A stretch of DNA of 64,000 nt. It comes from Gracilinanus agilis. Its lineage: Eukaryota. A program made the translations under genes and the position numbers. A model generated the notes under the pieces. It saw nothing but the letters and a program-made list of their open reading frames with translations, had not been told where the DNA came from and made no database searches. This document shows positions 46,930 through 59,632 of the stretch, piece by piece. The stretch spans positions 288,984,962-289,048,961 of the forward strand of contig NC_058131.1 in the NCBI RefSeq assembly GCF_016433145.1. Reading direction: 5' to 3'. Within the stretch, counting starts at the first letter, position 1. The number at the start of each line of letters is the position of its first letter.

Positions 46930-48725
46930 GATATGCAAAACATATTAACAATATTAGTCATGCTGTGAAAGAAAACAGAGTCCAAAAAAACTCAACAGCA
47001 CCACAAAAATAAAATTTTAAAGTATGCTTCAACCTCCATCCGTACTTTCTTTGTAGGTAGATAGCATTTTTCATCATGAGTGCTAAGGAATTATCTTAGA
47101 TCATTGTATTGCTGAGAATTGCCAAGTCATTCACAGGTGTTCAATGTAATATTGCTGTTACTATGTACCATGTTTCTCCTGCTTCTGCTCACTCAGTTCA
47201 TCTAAGACCAAGTTTTTCTGAAAGCATCTTGCTCCTCATTTCTTATAGCACAATAGTAATTCATCACAATCATATACCACAACTTGTTCAGCCATTCAAT
47301 ATCTTTAGGATATAGACCTGGTACTATGCACAATTTTATTGCCTTTTGGGTATAGTTTCAAATTGCTCTTCCTGAATGGTTGGATCAATTCACACTCTAC
47401 CAACAGTGCATTTGCATCCCAGTTTTCCTACATTTCCTCCAATATTTTGTCATTTTCCTTTTCTATCGTATTAGCCAACCTGAAAGACATGAGGTAGTAC
47501 CTCAGAGTTGTTTTAATTTGCATTTTTAATTTTTGCCATTTTAATTGGCATTTCTCTAATCCTGAATACTTAGTATTCAAATACTGAATTTTTAATACAG
47601 TTATTGATAGCTTTTATTTCTTCATTTGAGAGCTCCCTGTTTATATCCTTTGACCATTTATCAATTGGGGAATGACTTATATTCTTATAAATTTGATTAA
47701 GTTCTCTATGTATTTGAGAAATATGGCCTTTATCAGAAAAACTTACTGTGCAAAATTTCCCTCAACTTTCTGCTTTCTAATCTTGGCTGAACTGGATTTG
47801 TTTGTATAAAAACTTTTTTTTAAACCCTTACCTTCTGTCTTAGTACCAATTCTAAGACAAGAGAGGAAAAAGCTAGGCAATCAAGGTTTAGTGACAGGAT
47901 CACAGCTAGGAAGTGTCTGAAGCAAGATTTGAGCCCAAGTCTTCCCTAATCCAGGCCTTGTGCTCTATCTACTGTGCTATCTAGCTGCCTCTCTATAAAA
48001 ACTTTTAAAATTTAAAAATTATCTATTTTATATCTCGTACTGCTTTTGATCTCTTGTTTTGTCCTAAATTCTTCTCTTATCCATAGATCTTTCAGGTAAA
48101 CCATGCTGCACCAAGTTAAAGTATCTCCCTTGATATCTAAATCATGTTCCTATTTTAATGATATCTTGGTATACACTATATAACTAGTTTCTGGCAAACT
48201 TCAAGTTTTCCCAGAAGTTTTTGTCAAACTAGTTCCAAAAGCTTGGATCTTTGAGTTTACCAAATATTAGATTATTTTGGTCATTTACTAGTGTGTATTA
48301 TGTCTATTTCACTTAACCACAACTTTATTTCTTAACCAGTACTAGATTGTTTTGATGATTACTGCTTTATAATACAGTTTGAGATCTGGGCCACCTGGGC
48401 CACCTTCCTTCACATTTTTTTCCATTAATTCTCCTGATATTCTTGACCTTTTATTCTACCAGATGAATTTTATGATTTTTTTAGCTCTATAAAATAATTT
48501 TGGGGCACTGAATAAAGTAGAATTGTCATTTTTATTATATTGGATCAGCCCACCCATGAGCAATTAATATTTTTCCAGTTGTTTTAAATCTGACTTTATT
48601 TGTGTAAAAAGTATTTTGTAACTGTGTAAGAATGATAATAGGAATCCTTGCTTCTCTCATGACCTTATTAGGAAGGTTTGTAGCCTATCCCCATTATAGA
48701 TAATATTTACTAATGGTTTTAGATT
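46930..48725 (-). mobile_element. Marsupial L1 3' half (RT to 3' UTR, with deletions), interrupted by a SINE at ~47812-47990
   Basis: Minus-strand KPLVNIIYNGDRLQTFLIRS*EKQGFP at ~48640-48720; L1 3' UTR text at 46930-47300. Confidence 0.8.
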
Positions 48726-49628
48726 ATTGGATGTTTGGGGTAGATGGAGTCAAGATGGTGGAGAAGGAACAGGGACCCATCTGGTTTCTACCAAATTAAT
48801 CTCCAAAAAGCAATGATATAAGTATCAAAATGAATTCTGAAATAGCATAACCCACAAAAAGACAAGGTGAAGTGACTTTCCAGCCCTAAACAACTTAAAA
48901 GGCCAACAGAAGCAATCTAGTACACTAGGGTGAAGGTGGAGGATAATGTACCAGGAGAGGCCCCACCAAAGCACCAGGCCTTGGGCGCAACTAAAACAGC
49001 AGCCAAGGCTTCCAGAACTCTCAGCCATAAATGAATGGTAAAGGGGTGGGTGGGTATCAGACTGCAACTGCTCAGAAAGACTACAGAGGTCCCTTTGCTG
49101 GCTCTGGGTGCAAGAATCTTGTCATATTGCCCATACACAGAACCAGGTTGCAGTCTTGGGGTGCAGTCACAGGGTGAGGAGAAGCATCATTATATACCAG
49201 TATTTGTAGCCACTGTGGAGCAGGGGACCCTTATCACAGTTCCAAGGATTAAAAGAGTGCTTGGGATTACTCAGAGACTAGAGCATAGCCAGGAGAGTAT
49301 TAAACACACCTTTCCTTACATCATACCACCTTGGAAGAACTGAAAGCTGAAAGATCCACAGTACCACCTCTGAAGGCAGCTGCACAAATAACCTGAAACT
49401 TGAAACAGTACTCAATTCACCATAGTTACAGAGCCCAACTTTAATCATTTTTTTAAACCAAAAGGAAAAGGAAGAAAATGAGCAAACAAAAAAATTCAAC
49501 ATAGAAAGTTACTTCACTGACAGGATAGACTGAAACTCAGAAGACAACAAAGTCAATAATGCTACAGCCAATGTCTCCCAGAAAAATATTCGTTGCTCTT
49601 AAACCCAAAAAGAATTAATGGAGGATCT

Positions 49629-49963
49629 TGTAACGGGGAAAAAGGGGTTTTATGGGTTCAATATATTAAAGATGGTCTCCAGAGGACTGAACTATTATCA
49701 ATCCTCAACTAAGAATAATCTCAAATCAAAATTGACTTTTATGGAAATTTATTTACAATTAGGAAGTTTAAAGGTAGGGAAATTGAGAGAGAGAAACTCT
49801 GGCCCGGACCAGAGTTCTGGACCAGGTAAGAATTTAGAGGCCCAGCAGAGGGGCCCAGAGATTAATTAAACAAGGCTTCTAGCCACAAGGCCTTTTAGGG
49901 GTGTTCTCACCTTTGGTGATTAAATTTAAAGATGGGCAGTGTAGACTTAATCTAATTATCACA
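49629..49963 (-). mobile_element. Solo LTR (335 bp, ERV1-like) inside L1 ORF1
   Basis: TG...CA termini; perfect 4-bp TSD ATCT (49625-49628, 49964-49967); L1 ORF1 text resumes on either side; AATAAA on minus strand. Confidence 0.85.
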
Positions 49964-50363
49964 ATCTCAAAGATTTTAGGAATCAAATAAGAGGTGGGAG
50001 AAAAATTAGGAAAAGAAACGAGAATGATGCAGCAAAATCATAAAAAATGAGTTAGCTTGGTAAAGGAGGCACAAAAAATGTACTGAAGAAATAAATATAC
50101 TAAGAAACAGAATAGGCCAATTGGTAAAAGAAGCACAAAAATCCAGAGAAGAGAAGAATTTCTGAAAAAGCAGAATTGGCCAGATGGAAATATATATAAA
50201 AAAGTACACTGAAGAGAAAATTTTCTTGAAAGATAGAATTGACCCTATGGAAAAATTTATCAAAATTCACTGAGGAGAAAGAACTCTTTGCAAAGTAGAA
50301 CTGGCCAAATGGAAAAGAAAGTATAAAAGCTCACTGAAGAAAATCAAGCTTTAAAAATTAGAA

Positions 50364-50570
50364 TGAGGGTGGGACCCTAGGTGGCTCAGTGGATTGAGAG
50401 CCAAGTGTAGAGACAGAAGGTCCTGAGTTCAAATTTGATCTCTGGTACTTCCTAGCTATGTGACCCTGGGAAGTCATTTAACCCCCCATTGCCTATCTCT
50501 TACCACTCTTCTGCCTTGGAACCAATATACAGTATTAATTCCTAGATGAAAGGTAAGGGTTTAAGAAAAT
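50364..50570 (+). mobile_element. SINE1_Mdo-like SINE inside L1 ORF1
   Basis: 11-bp TSD AAAAATTAGAA (50353-50363, 50571-50581). Confidence 0.9.
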
Positions 50571-51285
50571 AAAAATTAGAAATGGGCAAATGGAAGCTAA
50601 TGACTCCAAGAAACAAAGTCAAAAGAATGAAAAAAAGAAGAAGAAATGAAATATCTCATGGGGAAAAAACTGATCTAGAAAATAAGCCCAGGAGAGATTA
50701 CTTAAGAATCACTGGACTATCTGAAAGCCATAATCCAAAAAAGAACTTTGACATCTTTCAAGAAATCATCAAGGAAAACTGTCTTGATATTCTAGGATCA
50801 GTGGACAAAATAGAAATACAAAGAATCTACCAATTACCTTCTGAAAAAGATCCACAAAGAATAACTCCCAGGAATATTATAGCCAAATTCCAAAATTAAG
50901 GAGAAAATATTGCAATAGAATTTGTCTTTTTTGTTTAATTTTAGTTTTTTTATTCTGAACTTAAGCACCAAATAAAATAAGCACTTTTTCTCCAAACCTT
51001 TCCCTCTTCCAAATATCCCCATTTCTGACAAAAACATTACCATTCTTAGTTTCCCAGGTTTATAACCTTGTCCTTAATTCCTCACTTTCCCTCATCCCAC
51101 ATATCCAATCCCCACATCTTGCCATTTCTAGTACGATAGCATGTATACTTGTACTTGCTGTGCCCATAGCCACTCCTTTTTTTCAGACTCTCTTCACCTT
51201 TTACCTAGAGTATTACAATAGACTTCTGATCAATCTCCTTTCTAGTACCTCTCTATAACTAGACCTCTTCTATGCTCCTACCAAG

Positions 51286-51781
51286 CGTAAAAGGGAATTC
51301 TTGGTTCTCTTTGAGTTCACATTTGTGAAAAGGGAATCCTTTGTTCTTTGCTTAGTTAATCCTTTCATTGGCATTCTTGAACTAGGTGGAGGAGCTCACA
51401 AACCACTTAGTGAGTTCACACCTTACTTGATGCTAGGTGAGAACAATCCAGAAACTTAAGTGAACTCCAAGAAGAGAGTCACTCCAAAAAGGAAGTCGGC
51501 TTCAAGAATAAGGTTGGCTCAAAGAAGAGAGTAGGCCTTACGAGTCACTTTCAGCTCCAGTCATTCTTGGGTGAGTGGATAGCTGGTTTTCCCTAACTGT
51601 CTTCTGGAGATAGTTTAATTCTGATTGAAGGTTAACAAGTCCTGGCTGAGCCAAGCACTGGAACAATATTTAGTTAGATAGATTAATATCTTTCCTACCC
51701 TTCTGTATTTCTCTACTTTATAAATAAAAGATTTATAATTTTCATATATTTAGCCAAACCATTAATTTTAACACTTATACA
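51286..51781 (+). mobile_element. Probable solo LTR (~495 bp) inserted in an L2 fragment
   Basis: Begins (C/T)GTAA, ends TACA; AATAAA near the 3' end; L2-like text resumes on both sides; TSD imperfect. Confidence 0.55.
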
Positions 51782-51884
51782 AAGTAGTTTTCCTTAAGCT
51801 CCTATCTGACCATATTACTCCCCTAACCAATATACCTCAATGGCTTACTATTGCTCATAGAATAAAATATATCTCTTTATTTTT

Positions 51885-52085
51885 TTAAAAAAAAGTACTT
51901 ACCTTCTATTTTAGAATTAATGTTAACTATTGTTTCCAAGGCACAAGAGCAGTTAGGGCTAAACAATGTGGGTTAAGTGACTTGTCCAGGATCACACAGC
52001 TAGGAAATGTCTAAGACCAGATTTGAACCCAGGACCTCCCATCTCTAAGCCTGACTCTCCATCCACAGAGCTACCTAGCTGTCTA
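51885..52085 (-). mobile_element. SINE1_Mdo-like SINE
   Basis: Reverse-complement consensus motifs. Confidence 0.8.
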
Positions 52086-52372
52086 CCCCACTTACCTTTT
52101 AAAACCTTTCACAAACCAGTGCCAACCAGTCTTTTCAGCTTTGTTTTATATTACCTTTATTCTTCAATTCATCCAAACTGTCTTCCTTTCTGTCCCTTAT
52201 ACATAATATTCCATCTCTGATCTCAATGCCACTAAGGGTCCCTCAACTCATGCACAAGGCCAGGTTCAATCCTGGGGGAGCATGCCCCCTAAAAGAAGGA
52301 TCAGACTCACTTTTTCTCATATTCATTGACTCATTACACTTTACCCAAAGAACTCCAGGGAAAAATTTATGG

Positions 52373-52500
52373 CAGTGATGGCAAACCTTTTAGAGATGGA
52401 GTGTTGTGTCCCTTCCCACCCACATGCTGGGCATACCCCTTCCCCCCTTACCCAAACAGGGGAGGGAAGAAGCACTCCCTTTGGGCTGCTGGATGGAGGG
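52373..52500. mobile_element. Truncated hAT element related to 4737-5201
   Basis: TIR CAGTGATGGCAAACCT; 52461-52492 is close to the reverse complement of 5038-5070. Confidence 0.7.
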
Positions 52501-52774
52501 CAAATCACTTAACTCCAATTGCCTAGTCCTTCCCTCTCTTCTGTCTTGGAACTGATATTTAGTAGACACAAGGTAAGCATTTTTCTTTTTTTAAGTTTTA
52601 GAGTAACTTTGCCTAGGGTTGCCCGCAATGTACAATCTGTATCAATTTAGGACCCAAGAATACCTACCCTTTCAGATTCACAAATGTGCCAAGGCTAGAA
52701 AGACCCATCTCAGGAACAAAGTTTGGTCACTGAAGCTTATGTCAGAAACATCAAGCAGCAGAAGCAGATTGGGC

Positions 52775-52960
52775 TTTGAAATAGAGTCAGGTTTAGAGTT
52801 GGGAGGTCCTGGGTTCAAATCTGGTCTTAGACATTTCCTAGCTGTGTGATCCTGAACAAGTCATTTAACCCACATTGTTTAGCCCTAACTGCTCTTGTGC
52901 CTTGGAAACAATAGTTAACATTAATTCTAAAATAGAAGGTAAGTACTTTTTTTTAAAAAA
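52775..52960 (+). mobile_element. SINE1_Mdo-like SINE
   Basis: GGGAGGTCCTGGGTTCAAATCTGG...GAAGGTAAG. Confidence 0.8.
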
Positions 52961-53547
52961 ATAAAGAGATATATTTTATTCTATGAGCAATAGTAAGCCA
53001 TTGAGGTATATTGGTTAGGGGAGTAATATGGTCAGATAGGAGCTTAAGGAAAACTACTTTGTATAAGTGTTAAAATAATAGGACTTGTTAACCTTCAATC
53101 AGAATTAAACCTAAGCTGTTGTGTGCAAGCTGTTTGCCATTTCTCCTGGAGATGGGGAAAGGGTGCCTGTCCTTCCCTAACACCCCACAGGAAGTCTAGG
53201 GGGAGAGTTTTTTTGCCACACACATTCTGGACACCAGAAAGATGAGAAAAGAGTCAGAAGGTGTCTTCCCTTTTAAAGTCTACTGGATGGGTAGCCCTCT
53301 TGGCTCAAAGGCCAATCATCTTGACATAAATATCTCTTATTGTCATCATAGGACCAAAGGGCAAATGAAGGAATTGCTTCATTGTCCCAATACACCTAAC
53401 TAAACATGGTTGACCAGAGGCAGCCAGAGCAACTCAATACATGCTCCACGGAATGTCTCCTACAGGCCACACATGCCGCATGGACTTTTATTTCAATCTA
53501 AACCTTAATATGCACACATATACCCAGCCACCTCTCACACACACCCA

Positions 53548-53781
53548 GGGGTATACTGGTAAATATTTAACAACCAGATCTGAAAAAAATATCTATAACA
53601 CACTGTTAAATTTAATCTGCATCGTTAACATTTTCTCCATTAGTTTCCTAAATCTAGGTAATTAAAATAAATCATGTCTTAATGTGTAGCATTTGTTGAT
53701 TTCTGAGATATAAATGCTCAAATTGAAAATTATTGTAATTAGCTCTTGTGAGCCAGTTTGAGCTGGCTCTAACACACCCCT
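53548..53781. mobile_element. Old hAT-like MITE
   Basis: Degenerate TIRs CAGGGGTATACTGG / CTAACACACCCC. Confidence 0.45.
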
Positions 53782-54849
53782 TATATGATATACATATATA
53801 TCATATATTCTATATCATGTAATGTTTCATATATGTGTTGTTATATAATATGTAGCATAGTTTATATAATGTTATTACTTTTTTCATTTTGGTCTTGTTT
53901 ATATATTTGAATATTTGTATTTGTTAATAGATTTTTAAGAGAATAAAAAATAAGTCATAAAAATATTTTAAATGAAAGGAGATTGTTTTTAATCTTCTTT
54001 GTACCATTGGCCCCTTTACCTCTCAGAATAAAGTGTGTTGCCTGCATTCATAATGAAAGAAAATACTAAAATTTCAGTTTAAATTGCCTTGGTTAGGTAC
54101 CTAAATGTACTTTACTCTATGTATGTCTACTCTTCCTAATGGTATATATCTGATAGCGTTCACCCCAAGTTTATGGGGGATGTGTATTTTTTGTTGATTT
54201 TCTTATGGTACAATTTCAGTATATGCCTTTGCTTTGAGCTAATTATGTCTGCTGACTGACTAGAAACAAGGTAAATATGCCAGCTCTGATTTTAGGCCTC
54301 AGTTTTTTTAACTGTACGATAAGAGGGTTGAATTAAATTTTTCCTAAAATCCCTTCCCTTTCTAATATTCTGTTTTAAAGGCCCACTTAAGTCTGATATT
54401 TTGTGTTCTAGTCTTTTCTAGCTTTGACATTTGATGTTCTTCCATATCTGATATTCTATGATGCTAAAAATGTACAAGAAATCAATTTCTTCATCAAAGC
54501 CTGATGCCAGCCAATTTGATAGTGCAGAGGATAAATGATCATCCTACTCTGGTAAAGAGGAATTATCTCAGAGCTCTCTTGGATTTTCTCATCTTTAAAA
54601 GGTGGGAGTTAGACTAGATAACCTCTAAGACTTCTTCTATCTCTAAATCTGTGATCTTCTGGTTCTGAGATCAAAGTAAGTTAATCTATACAGAAGAGAA
54701 CAGAGTTCACCTTTCTGTGTAGTAACTGAGACAAGATGGGAATAATTGACTCCCAGCTACCAGGGTCTTTAAAGTCCAACCCTTAAGCCTCAAGATTTGA
54801 TTGACTCATGACAGAAAAGCTGTCCAATTGAACCATTCTGTCCCCAGTG

Positions 54850-55092
54850 AAGCAGCTAAGTGGCTAGACTGCTGGGCCTGGCTAGAGTCATGAAGACTGG
54901 AGTTCAAATCTGCCCCCAGACATTTAGTAGCTGTGTGACCCTGGGCAAATCACTTAACTCTGTTTGCTTCAGTTCCCTCATCTGTCAAATGAGCAGGAGA
55001 AGGAAATGGCAAACCGCTCCAATATCTTTGCCAAGAAAAGTCCAAATGGGGTCACAAAGGATCAGATGTGACTTGAAAAACAACTGAACAAC
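54850..55092 (+). mobile_element. MAR1 SINE
   Basis: Head and CORE, AGAAGGAAATGGCAAACC...ATCTTTGCCAAGAAAA...CAACTGAACAAC tail. Confidence 0.85.
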
Positions 55093-55805
55093 AAGCTGTC
55101 CCTAGAGAGTTGGAGGTCTCCAAGCAGAGCCTAAATGATTTCTTGTGGGAATGTAGACAAGATTCCTGGTTTGAGTAGGGGTTGAACTAAATGAGCCCTG
55201 AGGTCATTCTCAGCTCTAAGATGGTATGATTCATTAGCTTTTTCTAAGCCAAAAAAATAAACTTGCAGACCTGGCAGAGATCAGGGAGACAAACTGGGAC
55301 AAGGAAGGTCACAGAACAAGGAAGGAGAGGAAAGCTTCAATGGAAACTATGATTTATTAGACAGTGAGGAGGACTTGGGCTATTGAAAAGCAATGAAGAC
55401 TCCACACTAAAGATAGGAATACAGAAGGGCTAAAGAATTTGAAGAGGTCAGGGGCCTAAAAGAGTTGACTTTCTTTGTTTATGGGAAATTACTCAATCCT
55501 AAGGGATCAGGGATAGAAAGAATGCATGGTTGATAGCCAGCCCCAGATCTCCTCGAAAAATAGGGACAGGGGTGGTTAGTGTCAAGAGGAAGCAAAATAA
55601 ACTTTGAGCTTCTCAGGGTTTTAAAGAATCCCAGGCCTCCAGGTTATTGGGGTCCTTACTTTGTAGCAGCCATCCATGAAACCCAGCCTGCAGGCCCAAT
55701 GTTCTTTCACAGTCATGAGATGTGTGCTCATACCCTTACACAGTAACATATTAATCTGATGAACCGTCTACCCTAATAAGAGTAATACTTTCTTTAGTAA
55801 TTTTT

Positions 55806-56001
55806 CTTAAACCCTTACCTTGTCTTAGAATCAATACTGTGTACTGGTTGCAAGGCAGAAGAGCAGTAAGGGCTAGGCAATGGGGGTTAAGTGACTTGCC
55901 CAGGGTCACACAGCTAGGAAGTGTCTGAGGTTAGATTTGAACCCAGGATACCTCTCATCTCTAGACCTGGATCTCAATCCACTGAGCCACCCCGCTGCCC
56001 C
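55806..56001 (-). mobile_element. Young SINE1_Mdo-like SINE with 14-bp TSD
   Basis: TSD CTTTAGTAATTTTT at 55792-55805 and 56002-56015. Confidence 0.92.
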
Positions 56002-57939
56002 CTTTAGTAATTTTTTAAAATACCTACTAGGTACTAGCTCTGTACTTGGCACTGTGGGAGATAAAGATAAGTTATCATCCTACTTCTCAAAGAACCTGTA
56101 AGTATCACTGTGAAGACTAACACACTTGGGTCTTAGAATATTAGTCCCAGAAGGTCACATTACCAGTAAGCTAGTTCTACTTCCTTTTATGAAACAGATC
56201 AATAATAATAATATAACACAGTCCACCATAAAGATTGAATGAGCTATAAAGAGAGATCAATGAGGCCTGAGAACAACACAAAGTGTTAGAGTTGGGAGGG
56301 ATCCCAGAGATTCTCTAGTCCAATTCTCTCATTTTAAAAATGAGGAAATAGATGTCGGGAAGTTTCAAAAGGACTACAAAGAAAAAAAACAACCTTTTTT
56401 TTTTTTAAAAGAAGATACAAGTTATTTTTACCAGACTTCAAAGCACAAGGACAGATCAAAATATAACAATTCAAATCTCTGCACATGACACAAAGCATTA
56501 AACAGTTGTCATTTCTCCTTTCCTAACTCTACAAACTTTACCCTAGAGAGGCAGCAGTCCCACTATTTTTCCACTATGGTTCTCTGAATTCTTGAAGCAG
56601 GCTTCTGGAAATAATTGGTCTCTTTGTAGATTGCAGATTAAATCAAGGTCTATACTCCTGGGACCCTCTTCCCCCTTTACTTGGGTCTCTCCTGCCCATC
56701 CTCACACATGCAAACCCTAACAATCACATGCAATAGCTCACATGCTCCAGCCGTATGAGATCAGCGAGAGGGGTTTCAATTTCAGGACAGGAAGCCGGGC
56801 AAATGTGTAGGAATACAAGTGTAAGGGAAGGAAGGAGCTTCAGTGGGGAAGATACAGACAACGCGGCGTCCCCAAGCCAAACTTAAGTCCTTGAGTAGTG
56901 GACAGATTGGGAATACCCAAGGGAGCGAGGGAGGGGGAGCAGCTCCAAGCATCTATGAGCCAGCCAACACCCCCTGTAAAGATGAGATGGGAGTAGATGG
57001 AGTAAGGAAGGTGACTGACTGACTAGCCCTTGAGCTGAGGACTCCAGCTCAATTAATATCACTAGAGGGAAGGCAGGCATGCAAGTTGCTGCCTGAACCT
57101 GAACATTTTCCAGCATCTGATAAAGCCTCTGGAAATATTTGTAGGGGAACAAGCTTTCCTGAGGATGGGGAAATAGAGACTTGGAGTATTTGGATTGGAG
57201 CTAGAGGGGAAGGGAATCTGATCTAACAGGCATCTTTTGAATTAGTTAATAGGTTAGTTAAAGTTAGTGAATAATCAGAGAGGAATGTATAGTGGAAAGA
57301 GTACTGGATTTTAAATCAGTGGGGCTGTCTTTGAATCCCAGCTTTTTTCCTTACTACTATTAGGGTGATGTTATCATGCCATTTCTCTGAGACATGTCAC
57401 CTCAGCTTTGAGAGAGAGAGAGAGTTTGGTGCTTTCTAAGATCCCTTCCTACTTTAAACCCTACAATAATTCTGATGTGACTATAACTAGGTTGGGTCTC
57501 CAGGGCAAAGTTCTAAGTGGGTGTAATCCTATCTTGGAAAGATTAAAAGATACCACAGAGTGGGACCGAGGGGGCAGGACCTGAAGTAGGCAGATAAGAA
57601 AATGATGGAGGAAGGGTCAGAAGCTAAAGGAACTTGGCAAAGCTAAAGTAGTGGAAATAATACTGGACCAGAACTCAGAAGACTTCGGATGGAGACCCAG
57701 TTCTGCCACCTACTAGCTCTGTTATTGCAGGTAAGTCAGCAGTCCTCCCTGAGCCAATTTCCTCATCTGTAAAATGGGACTGATGAAAGAATATAACGGT
57801 CTACGGCTTAATGGGGATTCCTATGATTCTGTCTCTCCATGGATGGGGGACGCTTTCTTGCCCCATCCCTGGGTCTCTAGCTGCATCAGGCCTGCCTGGG
57901 CCTGACCAGTCACGGGGCTGCCTAGCCCTCCCCCCACCA

Positions 57940-58480
57940 TTCCTCCAGATTCGTCAGCCCGCCCCGATCCCTCCCAACTCAGGAGGGGAGGAGAGGGGCG
58001 GGTGGATGGGGGTTGGGGGACGGATTGCGGCTAGCGCTCTATAAAGGCAGCAGTACCCGAAGTAGCCTGTACAGACCCTGGCCCCGCTTCTCTCCCCAGA
58101 TCAAGCCATTGCAGGCGGGACGTGACTGCAGCTGACCCCAGCCCCCTCGGCCCCGCCGCGTGAGTCTCAACGCGAATCCCCCCTCTTCTGCGCTCCCCGC
58201 CCCCAGCATCGAAACCCCGAACCAGTAGCCTAGACCTCACAAGGAGCGGAGCGGGGCTGGGGGAGGAATGGAGGAGACTCCGAGGATGCGCCGCTGCGGG
58301 GAGGGCGACGGGCAGAGGATCGGATGGTCTGCACTGGGGCTAGGACAGGGGCTGAGGGAGCTCAGATAAGATCTCCAGCTCTCCTTCTTGTAGCCCCTCG
58401 AGCCACCCCCCGGCCCTTTCCCACCCACAGCTTGGGGCAGAGGGCTAAGGCTTTATAGGTCGATCGGAGAAGGGGTCGGA
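57940..58480 (+). promoter_or_regulatory. PLTP promoter/CpG-rich region with GC box (57995-58002) and TATAAA (58040-58045)
   Basis: GC box plus TATA about 30 nt upstream of the putative exon 1; donor CGC|GTGAGT at 58160. Confidence 0.65.
58070..58159 (+). other. PLTP: PLTP exon 1 (non-coding; start approximate)
   Basis: Lies between the TATA box and the donor GTGAGT at 58160; no ATG. Confidence 0.6.
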
Positions 58481-59632
58481 GCCCTTTAACTCTTACTGGA
58501 ATGGGGCAACGGGAGAACTTGAGGAAAAGAGCCCCGGACTTCAGGAGCTGGAAAACCTGGGTTCTGGCACGGGTTCTGTCAAGAATTCGCACTTAGACAG
58601 ACCTTGGACAAGTCCCTTTCCTGCTCAGAGAAAATAAAGGGGACTGGACTAGATGGACTCAAAGGATTCTTTCATTTCGGCCATTCTATATTCCCAAGTT
58701 CCCACCAGCCCTGGCATTCTATTTTCGGAATTCTAAGGGTCCCTGCCAGTTAAAACCTGAAATACTCTACGGTCTCTTCCAGCTCTGACATATTGTATTC
58801 TAAAGTTCTTTTCAATTCTGACATTGGAGGATCTATCTTACAAGTTCCTTCCAGCTCTAACATTCTATTATTTTTTTTTTGTATCTTAAGATTCTTTCCA
58901 TTTCTAACTTTCTATTTTTTGTGTACTAAGGTTCTATTCATCTATAATGTTCTCTCTTCTAAAGGTCCCTACCTGTTCTAAGTTCCTTTCCACAGCAGTC
59001 ATTCTAAGATCCTGTAGACTTAGGGGATGGGAGAAGGCACAGGGGGGATTCCATTTGGCCAAGGAGCTGAGCTCTTTAAATCTCACTCTGTACTGGGCTG
59101 CCCCTTCCCTAAGTGGGGCCCTGGATACCACAAACTGTCCCCAGGAATGTGTTTGCTCCTGTTACCATGGAGTAGGGCTGAGTTGCAGGCCCTCAGTTGC
59201 TAGGCAGAAGGGAGGGATGGGGGGGGTCAGTCACCCCACTAGTCTTAGCCTGTCATGTGGCTGCTGCACAAGAAGCTTTGACCCCCATTCTTCTCCTTCT
59301 CCTCCCCCAAATTGTATGGGTAGTGGAATGTGGAACTGGAAGATGAGGTCCCAGGACAGGCCTCTGTACTATAAAACAGACTGACATCCCCAGGAAAGGC
59401 AGGCCATCAAGGGTGGGGAGGAAGTTGGAGGCCCCCCCCTTCCCCTCACTCCTCTGTCCAGCAGTACTCCCAGGGATCCGGTTACCCTCAGAGCTGCACC
59501 TGAGTCCCAGGCCTGAGTTGCCTTCTCTGCCAGAGGCAGATTCTGTCCCCCCACTTCAGACAGGTAAAGGGATCTCCCCTAAGGGAGAATGACTTTTGCA
59601 CCCCTCTTTCCCTCCCTCAGGTAAGTCCAGCC

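Larger units (their letters stand above)
48736..50915 (+). mobile_element. Marsupial L1 5' UTR and ORF1 (degenerate), interrupted by a solo LTR and a SINE
   Basis: Start GGAGTCAAGATGG; ORF1-like DLENKPRRDYLRITGL...EIIKENC...PRNIIAKFQ (50582-50899); coiled-coil repeats 50050-50350. Confidence 0.85.

Noticed and set aside
59564-59620. Mini-intron from CAG|GTAAAG (59564) to the PLTP exon 2 acceptor
   Set aside because: 57 nt is below the usual mammalian minimum intron size; possible but unsupported
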